This document shows, in pieces, positions 13,021-26,700 of a stretch of DNA of 64,000 bases; position 1 is the stretch's first letter; every line of letters starts with the position of its first letter. This DNA is from Trichoplax sp. H2. Its lineage: Eukaryota. Location: NCBI GenBank assembly GCA_003344405.1, contig NOWV01000147.1:1-64000 (forward strand), in the 5' to 3' direction. The translations under genes and the position numbers were made by a program. The notes below the pieces were generated by a model, which saw nothing but the letters and a program-made list of their open reading frames with translations, did no database searches and was not told the DNA's origin.

Positions 13021-15029
13021 TCATTGAAGACACTGACTAATTAACTCTATACGTTTTTGGTACGAATTACTTAATTTCTTATCCACAATATCTTGCAATT
13101 TTGCCATCTTTGCCGCATTATCCCTGTTTTGATCGATGATCTTTATCAACTTTTTTCGAAACTTTAGAATCGCTGGATTTTCCGATGTTGTTAACCTTCT
13201 GTGAGGACTACGATAATCCTTCAGCATCGCTTCAAATTCATCTAATCAATGAAAATCAATTCAATTAGACAAACATGTTATAGAGCCCTTCCCCCACCCC
13301 CCCAAAAAATAATAAATTGCCAACTTTTATTGTAAATGAGAAAGTGCATTGCTTTAAAACAATCCAGTAGTTGTGTTCGCGTTAATTTGAATCCCATTTC
13401 TTATATCATACCTTTTGCTATGGCTTCTGCTTCTAAAGAATCTATTTCATCCGATGGGTAGTCGTCCTCTTCTTCTTTTTTGTTTTCATTAGGACTTTCA
13501 TCATCTTCTCCTAAAACCATATCACGCATCCTTTTTTCTACTTTATTAGATGCTTTCCGAGGTAACGTGTCTCTTATTGTGCTTAGTACTTCCATATTTC
13601 CATTGTAGAAATCAAAATCCTCGGATAATCGATTGAGTCGAGCTTGTGCTTCATCTTCCGCCATCTTAACCGAAAAGGTATATCTTATACCATCGAAATC
13701 ATTGGACGGTGGTCTTGCTGAATGATAGATTGTACTCTGGAAAATAACACTTCGTCCATAACGTGGTCTTACTTCAGCAATGTAGTTACTATCATCGGTA
13801 TTTTTCTCAAAATAAGCCGTTTCTCCACCCATTTGTGCAGTCCAATTGGGATTTAAATATGTGACCATCGTCCATTGATCAGCAGCTTGTGAACAATCAT
13901 CATGGACTTTTGTTCTATGGTTATTTCGAATTAAATTACATGAGACATCATAAGGGAAATAAGTAGTGCGGCTACCAACATGTCGAGCAACTTGTTGATG
14001 AATTTTCCATAAATTGCTATTTACAAAATCTAGTACAGAGAAAATAGCCATCCATGATACACCGTCACTACCATCGTCTTGCATATCTGCATAGAAATAT
14101 TTTTTATATTCCACAAGTTTCCGTAATCCTTCCAGTTCTTCAGGAGTAAATAAGTTGTCTAATACATAGATTTTTTTACCATTTTCGCCAACATATCGTT
14201 GTGTAATATGTTTCTCTACATTGAGTACTCGATTTGCCGATACGGGTGCAATATCATTTAACTTTGTGTTACGAATATTTCTTCGATGTTCAAATTTTTT
14301 CTTATAATATTCGATACCGTTTTGTAACTTTTCACTTGATTTAGTTAATTTAATATGGATTGTTTTGAGAGGATCGTAACGATCTATTGCTGGAGGCTTA
14401 TAAAGATGCTCGATCGATGAATCGAACATAACCATTCTAAAGGCAAGAGGATGGACAGCACTGACAATTTCGTTATTATCGTCATAGAATACAATATCGC
14501 CGTAATCATTCTTTTTCCATTTGCCTGTTAAATAGAAGATAGCACTAACATCGTCGTCACGAGATGGAGTATCAGTAGATTTCTTGGGAATTTCAGATCT
14601 TGTAACTAATTTAGCAGCGGCCTGATAAATATGATAGTCGTTACCTTGTTTATCGCCTTTAAAATGTTTTACAGCTCTAATAAGTTTTTGACCGATCTTT
14701 GATTTTTCCATAAACTGAGGATCGAGAAATGTTTTCCATAAGATATGATCAGGGCTTTCTTCCTTATAATCGCTACCATTATTATAGTTGTTAAGTGTCA
14801 TTTCCCACTGTCCAAGACTGGATAAATATCGTCGGAACAGAAAGACATTGGAAGGTGGTGTAAAGTCATTATAGATCGAAATTTTTCGATTATCGGACGT
14901 ATAGAATGAACGGTAAAGATTTTGATCCAAGTTATCCTTTTGATTTACATTCTCGGACTTTTCGGCGTTGCTAACCGTAATGACAGTGCAAATAATAAGT
15001 AGAAATACACACGCCAATAACCTTTGCAT
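13021..15029 (-). CDS. Secreted tandem 2OG-Fe(II) oxygenase paralog 4; exons 15029-13412 and 13241-13021
   Basis: Signal peptide MQRLLACVFLLIICTVITVSNA; VHDDC...YHSARPP...RYTF; intron AAAG|gtatga ... ag|ATGAAT; exon 2 YRSPHR...MAKLQ...ISQCLQ*. Confidence 0.88.
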
Positions 15030-15439
15030 CCTAATTCTCGATATAGCTATTAACCTGTTGCTGGCAATTATTTATGGATTAGTACAGGTATGAAGTACTA
15101 AATATCGTGGATAGTCGAGCTGACAAGATTGTCGGGAAGGAAAGTAAATCAAGTAAAGGTGTAAATTTATCGTCAGTTGTGATTTTAATGTTTCCTATTA
15201 CATATACCATCGGATATGCGTAAATGAATAGGCACGTAGCTATAATAATTATATATATAATAGACATACGCATAATAATTAATCTATTCATGATTGATTA
15301 TCTATTATGATACGCGTATAATTGTTTAGAATAATTCTAATTCTATTGGAATTCAGTTAAACTTCGAAGATCCTAATCAATGCATGTTGGCTATTCCACT
15401 TTAATTACCATTGATTTAGTAGTATGCTATTGATTTGTT

Positions 15440-16790
15440 AGACTACAGAAAGTAATGACGGTTGCAGATATCTAGTATAGAATTGGTAAAGTGATGCAGA
15501 TGTTATGCAATAGGATAAGGCAAATGGTCATACCGGCAGTCTGCGATACTAGATGAACGGATAACGCTAATCTTCAGTACATTAAAAAGACTGTACTACT
15601 GCCAGTAGATATTAGAAAGGAATTATTGTTCGTGTAGAGCTAGAATATAATTACTACAAAGTGGTATAGATATTAGGCTACTCAATGCAAGAAAACGATC
15701 CTAGGGCAAGAATATCATATGAACAGATAACATTAATCTACGTCAATTATCATACTGCATTATTGCCGGTAAGCTATGTAAAAAAATTATCGTTTGTATA
15801 GAGCTAGAATATAAATAATACGAAGTCATATGGATATAAATGATCAGAAGATTAGTATATAATGTAAACGGATGGTATTGATCTACGTTAGCTACTATAT
15901 TATTACCGGTGAGCTGTAGAAAGGAATTATCGTTTGTATAGGGCTAGAATACAATTAATGTAAGGTGATATGGATATTAGGCCGCTTAATGCTAGAAAAT
16001 GATCATAGGATAAGATTATAATATGAATGGATAACACTAATCTACGTTAGCTACTGTATTATTATCGGTAAGCTGTGGAAAGGAATTATCTTTTGTATAA
16101 AACTAGAATATAATTAATTTAGAATGATATGGATGTTACAGTTGATTTCACTTACACTGCCAATAGACTGCCGAAAGAAACTATTACATTATATAGAAAC
16201 TATCTATAAGCTAATAAAGTATAACCTGATACATGAAATGATATTAAGGAGAGCATATGATATAAAAGGATGGCTCACTAATTTACAGTTGACAGCAGTA
16301 CTACTGCCTGTAGATTGCAAGAAAGAATCATTGTTTTTTATAGAATTATCATTTACTTAATAAAGTATAATTTGATACAAAAAATGATAATAGGCCAAGT
16401 TTGTGATATGAGTAGATAGCATTAATCTATATTTAACTATTGCGTTACTACCGATAGACTACAGAAAGGAATTATTGCTTATATAGAGCTGAAATATAAT
16501 TAATATAAAGCGCTACGGAGGTTATGCTGTATAACACGGTACAAGAAGTGATCATAGGGCAAGTTTGTGGTATGAAGGGATAGCATTAATTTCGGTTGAC
16601 TATAGCACTATTGCTGGTAGACAGCAGAAAAGTACTTTGTCCGTTTATATATAGAAATAAAATAGTTAATAAAGTAATAAGAAATGCAATCACTTTCTAA
16701 GATATTGTTCCTGATGAATGGTAATACTACTTAATACAAGAAGTGATAATAGGATCATAGGGCACGTTTATGATACGAGCGCATAATGCC
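15440..16790. repeat. Degenerate tandem repeat, about 8-9 units of roughly 140-165 bp (one short unit)
   Basis: The anchor agaaaggaattat(c/t)gtttgtatagagctagaatataatta recurs near 15615, 15781, 15921, 16081, 16177, 16321, 16465 and 16627, with shared internal motifs (atgatcatagg, ataacactaatctacgttagctact). Confidence 0.8.
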
Positions 16791-17730
16791 AATTTACTCT
16801 TACTCACGGCTTTACAATATATTGCTAAGTCTTATGAACACCAATACGAGATAATATCATTCACTACTTGAACATAATGTAGATTTCTATTCAATACGCA
16901 TTAAAGTCGTGTAGTAAAGTCATCTTAACTTTGTTACGTTCGTATATTGTCAATGTTAACTGCATCTATAAAATTGATAACTTGTAGCATGACCAACCAT
17001 CATTGTCTAGATTGAACTCTATTCTCATTCTACTTGAATCTCCATCACTTATACAAGGTAAAAACACTAATGCTGAAGCCACACCAGTTGTATGAACGTA
17101 CCTTTAATTAAAAACTTTGAAAGACTGACGTCAAACATTCTTACTTTATCGTTAATGATTGAAGATTACAGCTGAGACGGAAAACCTATAGCAATAATAT
17201 ATTCGCTAGGGTTGCTTTGATATAAAATTGTTTTATTTTAACTTAACATTTACAATCTAGTAATCTATGAAAAAACGGCAGGAGTCAGTAGCACATACTT
17301 GTTACTGTGACACCCAAATTGGATACATGTTTAATATTAATATTAGCTAAATGATGGATATTATACAAATAGTTGACGTCATAACTTTGATGGATACATT
17401 GACGCTAATATTATAGCCTATCTTGTCAGCCTATAATATTAACCAACGAGCTGCTATATTTACACTATACAATTATTCGTTGAAAAATATCTCTTTAAAT
17501 TGAGTGATATCCAGTTTCGGACTAATTCAAGCATATTTTAAAAATATAAATTAAATTTCGCAGAGTCATCTAAAGGTGTTATAAAATTTTACAAATTTTC
17601 TTGACTTCTGTTATAACTAAACACAAATAAGTATGTCAAAATAATGACATATTGAACTTCTCGATAGCAGTTTGCGATCTCGTGATACCACATCCCAAAT
17701 ATAGAGCCAGCTAGCTGTCATGTATTGATT

Positions 17731-20700
17731 TTAGGCTGTAATTATCATACCACGCAACATTATTTTATAAGTTTCGGTTCCGTAATCCTTTAGTGTCATC
17801 TGTACAGTGAAAATTAAGAAACAACTCTTTAGGTAATACATTTGAAATTTAGGTTAACTTCTAAAACTTAGTCAAATCATAATAAATTAGTATACTCTAT
17901 AATAGATTGACTACTAGTCGGTGAGATTCTAATGACTACAAACGGCATCAAGAAACTAAAATAGATTTTCATAGAGATAAACTATAGCTCGTATTATCAT
18001 AACAGATGCCGTGTATGATTCATCTACTTTGATAGACAAATAACTGCGAGACACATCAATAGGTATCATTATTTATAAATAGTAGAACAGATAGCACAAA
18101 TAGTTAACGCATAAACTTACAGTAAGGTCGAATTCCACCGGAATATTCGGCTAAAAGACGACAGGAAGAATATGAGTACATAATTTGAAGAAATGGTAGA
18201 TTAGTATTATGCTCGAACTGCCAACGAACGATATTTTTACTACTATTTCATGCAAATAACTAAGTAGTATGATTGATAGGTAATTGTATAATGAGACTGC
18301 CTTACATTGTGGCTAATTGGTGGGGCCCACGTAAATACAATAGTTCTTCGAGCTCCAGGATCTAAGCCTCCCTAAAGAATAGTAATAGCGGAGTTAGCTA
18401 TTTAATACTCCTATGATTAATTGACTAAGAGTTAGCTTATGACATACTCTAGTAGGATCGACTGAAAATCCTTTAGCACTAGCTGAATGCAAATCGTCAA
18501 ACCAAAATTCTCCAATCTATAATTCATATCAGAGATTATGTATTACAAGGTAGTAATGGATTGTTAATTATGGCAAAAAAATATCATAGTTAAACCTAAC
18601 GTAAAGCAACTTATCAGAAGTTAACCTTTTTGGTAGATTGTAACACAGTTCTAACGCAACCAATTTCAATCTCCCTATTAACAGGTACATAACCATTTTT
18701 ACCGTACCAACTTTTGAAGATTAATAATATAGGATGAGCTTTCTTAACCAACTTTTGGTCTGAAAGTGACAAAAGATTTAGTTATTCACATCTTGAAATA
18801 TTTTAATAATGGGATTAATGATACTGTCACAATTTTCCTTTAGACACTAATTTAATGTGTTTAAAAAGCTTCCGCTACCTTCTTCGACATCTGCATTTGT
18901 CGACGTCGATAATGATTCAGTAGTTGGCTCAATTCTGTCGCCACCTAATGCATACAACGTCAATGGCCATGCTTTTCCGATTAATCTTAAATGATATGTT
19001 TTGACCTATATGATATAAAGTTGTCATAGATGCCCCAATCCATTAATTAAGGTTAAATTTTTCAAATATTTAATGATTCGAATTCATGATACTACTTAAC
19101 TAGTGCTATTAATGCGAGTGAGCTATCGTATAATCGTATAATGGTGGAAGCTATTTACTTACACTATCAAATAAGATAATTCTGACCAAATCGGAATAGT
19201 ATTTACTAGGATGATCTGGAGAGAAAATTACGGTAATTTCTTTCGATCCGCCTATATTGCGTAACGATATATCATAATCAGTGCCACATGCACATAGATA
19301 TTAAAGACATTTGCTAATCAGTGCAGTAAAATATAGGATAATAATACCATCACACCGATCTGTATGATCCAGTTGATATTTTATTCCTACCTGGCTTAAT
19401 GGTACCTTGAACTGGGCTACAATCGAAAACACATAGTCCACTGTAATTAGCCGGACCTAAGCAGAAACAAAAATTAAGATTAATACTAAAGAAATAGAGC
19501 ATTAAGAACAACTTCAAATATGATGCTCATTCTGTTTCACGATCAGACGCTTTCGCAGCAGCTTAGAGATATTACCGACGATAGGAGTATTGTCATCGAA
19601 TTTTTTCTCTATGGCTAAATTTGCTAATGGCTTGACGGTTTTATTCCTCTCATAAATGCTATCCTGCTTGATATTAAACGTAACTGGCAGCATAGAAGTG
19701 TTGGTTATCTGTTGATTATTATGATAATATAATTGTCAGCCGTTGATAGCAATTGCTTAAGATAGAATTACTTAAATAGATCAGATTCAGATAAATATTT
19801 ACCAAATAATAAATATAAATTTCTTTAACTATTCCTATTACCTTGAAGGTTTCAGCAATAGCATCACCGGTTAATAAATTGCCAAAATCTAAAATATGAT
19901 TTGGAATTGATAGTTGTATACTAGGCGCGACGCCTTTTCCATGTAATCTTATAGCTAATTTCGAAAGTGGACTGACAATATTCATAACTTCCAAAAACTA
20001 GAAAATTGTGTATGGATACCAAATAAAAGTTACCAATTGCAATAAATTTAGCTACTAGTAACAATTACAACTTACCTCTTTATTTTCCTTAGGAGTAAAA
20101 GAAATAGAAACAGTATGAGAATTTCCTGGTAACAAAACTCGCATAGCGTTAATCATTTCGAATGGGCCAGCAGTGTCCAGTATTGTTGAATATAACTACA
20201 AATAAAGATAAAATGTTAGCTTAATACAGAAGGTACTGAATTTATACGATCACAGATTTAATACGAATAAACCTTGAGTGTTGTGTCAGATATATTCTGT
20301 ATAATAACCGATCTGGTTTCAGATTCACCTACATCGAATACATTCAGTAGTTAATAATGTCTTAATTTACCCGCATAATACGTTAATAAAATGTAGAAAT
20401 GTAGTTACTTACCGACGCTAACTGTTCCATAATCAATAACGTTATCACCATTATTGGAGATTACTATCAAAGCTGGACTAACCACTGTGCCAAGAATTTC
20501 AAGATAAAGTGTATTGTAAATACTACAATAAAACATGTACAAGATTAGCATTTACTTCGCTGCTATCGAAAAGATAATATGTTCAATATAATGAATTCAT
20601 AGTCCTTCCTTTTCATGTGAAATGTTTATGCTCATATTCTTAAAACAATAGCACTAATTCACATCATTTACCTACCTGTACTGTAATTTTTTCGTACTGC

Positions 20701-23700
20701 TGATGCTACCACTTGCAACAAAACAAGGAATTTTATAATTGACCGACTGGCTTACAAAAGAACGAAGGAGAGAAAGCTTTGCTGCGGCGTATTCATCAGA
20801 ACTGCTATTAGCAAATAATAAAGCAAAAAAATTTGAGCCACCTATTAAATCAAATATCAATTTTACCATATTGAACTTACCTTTCGCCCTGAAGATTCTT
20901 ATCAGCTGTATTCGCTTGCTTATTTACTTTAGCTGTAATATTAGAGGGAACTGACGCGGTAGATTTCAATTGAGCCTTGGGTGATATTGGTCTCTTATTA
21001 TATGCTCCTTTCTTTTTCTTTTTCTATAGATATTATTCAATACATCAAATTAGATTGTTAATCCATGTAAGGTATCTGATAAAGTCTGCGACAATATCGA
21101 CAAACAGTAATGGTACAAACATGAGCATTTTCTTCCATCTCTTGACGTAACAGATCTGCTGCTCTACGCTCTTCTTCTTTTCGTTTAGTTTCTTGTCGTG
21201 CAATAGTAATACGTTGACACTCCGCTTCAATATCTGTGCCTTGTAATCGCGGTGAAAACCTAACTTCTGCAACTATACGCTGACCCGGTTCAACAGTGCC
21301 AATATTAGGAGATATTGTAACCGGACAATCATCAGGAACAACAAATTCGAAGGATGTTGATCCAACATCTGCGATGGGTCCATTACCAATCCGAGGTACC
21401 GGATGCGTAAATTGATTTTTATCAAGATGAGTATTTTCCACAAAAATGGTGGAAATACTAACATCATTGATAGCTGTTGCAGCGAAGTTAATGACATTGG
21501 AGGATAATTGTAATGGCGGTAATACACCTACAGCCTTACAAGGTAGTTTAAATTTGCTATAGATGGACAAAATATTCAATAGGAACAAACATTAGTCTGA
21601 AAATACGTTCATAATTAGTCCAGTATAGTGCTACGAAGATAAAGCTAAAACAAAATTTTCCAAATTCAAGGATTCAATACGTCGTAATAATACCGATCGA
21701 CTGTTGTCTTGCATGTCAATTCAAATGAATACTCTCCGGCTTTTTGAGGGCTAAAGATAATGTCAATTTCCAACTTTTCGAAAGGTAAAAGCATTCCAAA
21801 TCCATCGCCTGGCTGAACTGAAATATACTAATACACAAGAAGTATAACAATTACGGGTTTTACATCGACTGGCTCAAGCCCTAAAGAAACTATTTTATTC
21901 TAACTATATTTAATTGATTCCCTAGCAACATATCTTTCATGCGTACATCGTTCAGATTGGCTCAAGCCCTAAATAAATTATTTTATCTCCAACTATATCT
22001 AATCTACTCCCCAGTAACGTATCTGTCATACTTACATCATTTAGGTCAATAAATCCGAATGATTGCGGCAATGATGATTTATTTTCAATGGTGATAGTTG
22101 ATATAACTGACTCATGAATAGTGCAATAGCCGAAATCAACGCCTTCAACTGAAAATTCAATATCTGATACTGTCACTTCGCCCTTAACGTTGAATATAAC
22201 TGGTCTAGTCTAAAAATAGACAAACGAATTAAGAGATTTTACATTATTATTATTTGGCAATAGTCAGTTGTTCAGAACAAATGATAGTCAGGTAAACTGA
22301 AATAGCAACCTGGTCGGCGACTTTAATTGTGATCGGTATATCCATTTCACCGCTTATTGGGTCAACGTACTTTTTACACGTTTCACGAATATCTCTCCTA
22401 ATAAATTATCAGTCACGATGATCAAACTGGGTTCCATTGATGTATTTAAATCAAATTTAAAAAAGATTTCATTCAATTTTTATAGTCATACTACCTTGGA
22501 AGAAATTTTAATTGAGCAGAAAATGAGGATTCTGCTTGAACGATACCATGGCGTGGTAATATTTCAAGATGCTCTTGCATTGGCTTAGGCACATCAAATC
22601 GTAATCGTAAAGCAGATGTCGCCCTGTACGAATTAAAATACAACTTGGTATCTTATTACTGCTTAAATATAAGTTGGAATAGTAGCAGTGAATATTTATA
22701 GTGCACCAATTGGGTTGCTTTCCGTACCTGTTTTGAATGATGACAGAATCTTGATATAATCTGTCAACCATGCATACTTTAAGGTCGATTACCTATTTTA
22801 AAAAAAAAAGATAACAGACGCTTTTAGTCAGCTGAGAGTGTTTTCCAATGCCAGTATCATAGCAAGCGTATCTTGTTAAAATACGCGTACGTATATAGCA
22901 ACGCTAATTAATCTTATTCATTGATGGACTCTGATAGATATGCAATACTTTTATATGACATATCCGTATTACCTGTCTCTTGACCCAAACAGCAACATCA
23001 ATCCCTGTTCCTACAGCAGTAACTACGATCTAGGTATAACGTTCAAATGTAACAGACGAAAATATCAAACATATGCTACATTGTAATAACTGATCATTTA
23101 CCTACATTTTATAAAAAAATAGTAATAATTACTTACCGGCACTGATTCAGGATCAGTAAAAGCTATTTGAAAATCTGAAGTAGCTCTACCCGTCACCAAG
23201 GGAGCAAAGTTTAATTCAATTTCAACACTTGAAAACGAGTTGATATGACCCTTGAATTTCTAGCGAAATAGAGAAATTCTTTCTCAAAAATGATAATTTA
23301 ATGCTGTATTCTTACCAAGAACTGACGCTATAATATATTGCTAAGATAAAATCAGATAATCAAGTAGGTAAGTCAACAAAACTGATTTATCATTTCATTA
23401 TTACCTCTCCAATTTGAAGTGCACTATTTTTATCGATAGCTAAAACATCTGAATCTTCACTGACAGTATGGGTCGAGAGAACAGTACCAGTTGAAGCTAG
23501 AAGCAATATGAATTGTTACTAGCAATCGCATAGCTCGTAAAAAATTATTTAAAGATTTTAACTACCATAACAAGATCATGAAAGCTGTTAAATTACCCCG
23601 GCTTTCTATTTGTGATAAAGAATCTCCTTTATCGGTTATATCGCTAAGTAATAAACTTTTCTTGTCATCTTCAATAGAAATCAAGTCTGGCGGTTGATTA

Positions 23701-26700
23701 TCATTTAATAATTCCTTTTCTGCTAGCGATGTATCGTCCTTAATCGTGACTTGTTTTTCGCTCGTTACTGCAGCAGTATTCGATAATGGGCTGCTCCGAT
23801 CCTTGTCATCCGGTAAGGCATCAGGTGCAACTGTCGATGCATTGGATTTATCATCATTACCAATTTTTTGAGCATCTGTTGAATCTTCAATGCCAGCTTG
23901 CTGATTTAACTTTTCGGTAACTGATAGAGACGTCGATTCCTTCCTTCCAACTGCTTCATAGTTTTTATCATCTTTCTTTATGCTTTGTTGCGATAAAGAC
24001 CTAAAACTGATTGATTTTTGAAAGGTGGATGTTGGCTTTGGTTCTCCTTTGTAATCCAAAGCTAATTTCCCTTTATTGGGATCTTGTTCTGTGATGACAG
24101 TTGTCTAGAAATCATTCATGTTGTGATCGTAAGATCGATTACTATACTTTATTACACCACACTATATTAATAGGGAAAAATAATCGACTCACAATACGAC
24201 CGATAGTTCCTGGTGGACTAGCAGATTTAGGAACCTCTGTTAACCGTCAAGTAAAATTATAGAAAGATACACATCAAAACCTTAAATATATAGCTGGATC
24301 AGTTATTGTTATAAATGATATCAAAACGAAACGAAATAAAAATTATATATAATATTACCGATTATCCTTGTAATCTCATATTCCGTGTCTAGTGCACCAT
24401 CGTTTATCAACGTTAGGTGCATTGTCTTCTTTTCTCCAACACATAGCTGGCCAAAGTCTAAACGTTCGACATTAGTTTTCAATGCGCATTTTTTCTTATA
24501 GATTTTTAATGGGACAGTGAAAGGACCAGTTTGAGCAAGAAATTTAAGTTCCCCTTCTAAATTTTCGTTGATCTAATGATAAGATAATAGGTATAATTTA
24601 TTTAGTTAATACCAGTACTACATTTCGAGTAGCAATATCTAGAGTATCATACGCTTCAAAAACTCATCTAAAAATTTAGAGGAAATACTAATAAATTTCT
24701 TTTATCGATGTGTATAAGCCAAGTAATAAATTTAAGCTTTACTGAATGCTTGTATATCTGCTTGTGATAGACTAAGAACACTAATATGCACGAGGTTGAT
24801 TTGTTATTCAACACTTTATGTCTCTGTATAGTCTAATTGCAGTAAGATAGTCCTTGGTAGTTTATGAGACGAACCTAATCTTATGTAATAAAGTGAAGTT
24901 TACAAGGAATTATAGTTCTTGTTATATTTTTGAGAAGACACTTTATCACAGTCTCACGAGTAAATGAAACTGCAAGTAAATAAGAAACGATAGGGAATAC
25001 ATAGATTTCATTTTCAAATAAGAAACGATAGGGCATACATAGATTTCATTTTAACAATTTGGATACGTAACAATAGCAGTGGGAAGTGTAGTACATTTAT
25101 GATACTTCTTCAAACAGATTACTTGAGATCATGCATAGATGGTGGATTTACTTGCAAATAAACAAAGATTTCTTATAGTTAGAAAATAAAAAATAGTGAC
25201 AATGACTAAGATAATGGTATTAATTTAGTAGGAATAATCAGGTATGATAGAATTAATGACACTTCGCCGTAAAAAGTAATTAAAGTTAGATAAAAGATAT
25301 ACCTTCGGAGTAAATATGACCATCATTTTGCATGTTAGACCGGCAGACATGTATCCAGGAGGGTTAAATCTAAATGGAAAGTTTTAATGATTAATTAAGA
25401 TTTGTAATTGCCGAACAGTAACTGCATTCATTTTATCAATTGCTAGCGCAATTAAGTATTAGCAACTTGTAATAGATTTGATTACTTTATTTCGATAAAG
25501 TCCTTCAACTGTTTTGATACGTCCAAGAATTTAACAGAATTGATGCTGTACGATACATTGGTTAACTGAACCACTTGTTTGTAAGTTTTACCAACACTAA
25601 AGTCCTGCAACCGTAGCCATTGTACATTAGTTATCAAAATTAGATCGAAAATTATCAGCGTTCGTAGACGAAATATCTTACTAACCTTAAAAACTATCAC
25701 TTCTGGATTACTAGAAAAGGCTTTTCCCTAAGTTTTAATCAGAGTAATTCATCAGCCAGAAATTTTATGCATGAATTAAAATGAAAACAACTTGTTAATT
25801 AATAAAATTAAACATATAATGGATTTACTTTAAATTCCCTTCCCGAAACAATTTGTTTTTGTATCATTTTCGTATATTTTTCACCAAGTTGCTCTTGATC
25901 TAGCAGTTGCTAAAATTATTTCGAGAATTATTAGTATAAATGGAATTTTATTACTGAAATAGTTTACAGTGCAATTGAATTGTGTATCAAGTTACTATAC
26001 TGTATACTCTAAAGTCTCACACTTTTGATCAACACAGTTAAGATTGGTAGGATCAATTAATGCAACGCCTCTCTTTGTTGGTAACACTAATTTGAAACTT
26101 TCTTAATACGAATAAAACATACTACGAAAAAACTAATTCCTATTGCAAGTAACCAAACACCTTCGATAGAATTAAGTGGATATCGTGTGCCGTAATATTG
26201 TAATAATCCTCATAATAGGAACAATAAAATGTCGAATTACAACGTAACTGTATAATTAAAATTTGCTAGTTATACCGATTCATCTTCAGCGTCAGCTTGT
26301 TCCGAATTATAATAATGGCCATACAATTTAGAATCATCTCGCTATTGTATCAGCACAATAATTCCGTTAATATTGAAACCAAGCAATATCTTCGCGTTCA
26401 GTGACATAAGGTTTAAAAAGATCTTGTAGAAGGTTTATTTACCTTATCCGCACTTTGACTCCACATTCCTTGAAACTCAGGTATAGCAAAAGCTTCTTTA
26501 TCATCAATAATTTCTCTGGTATAAAACATTGTTAAATTGAGTAATTTAGTGGTCAAATCTTATAAATACTTAAGTAATATTTTTTGTATAAGAGGCTTGT
26601 AAACTAGTTCATACGGTGATATTGCTTGGTTGGCATCATCAATTACATCTTTCATTTCATCTTCATCTGAAGACTGAGTTTGGATCGATACCTATAATTT

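Noticed and set aside
15440-16790. Regularly spaced repeats as a CRISPR array
   Set aside because: Eukaryotic context, whole units are homologous and degenerate with no unique spacers, and no cas genes are present.
23562-24059. 165-aa low-complexity ORF as a separate gene
   Set aside because: It has splice boundaries and sits between CFAP74 exons on the same strand, so it is best read as a disordered-insert exon of CFAP74.
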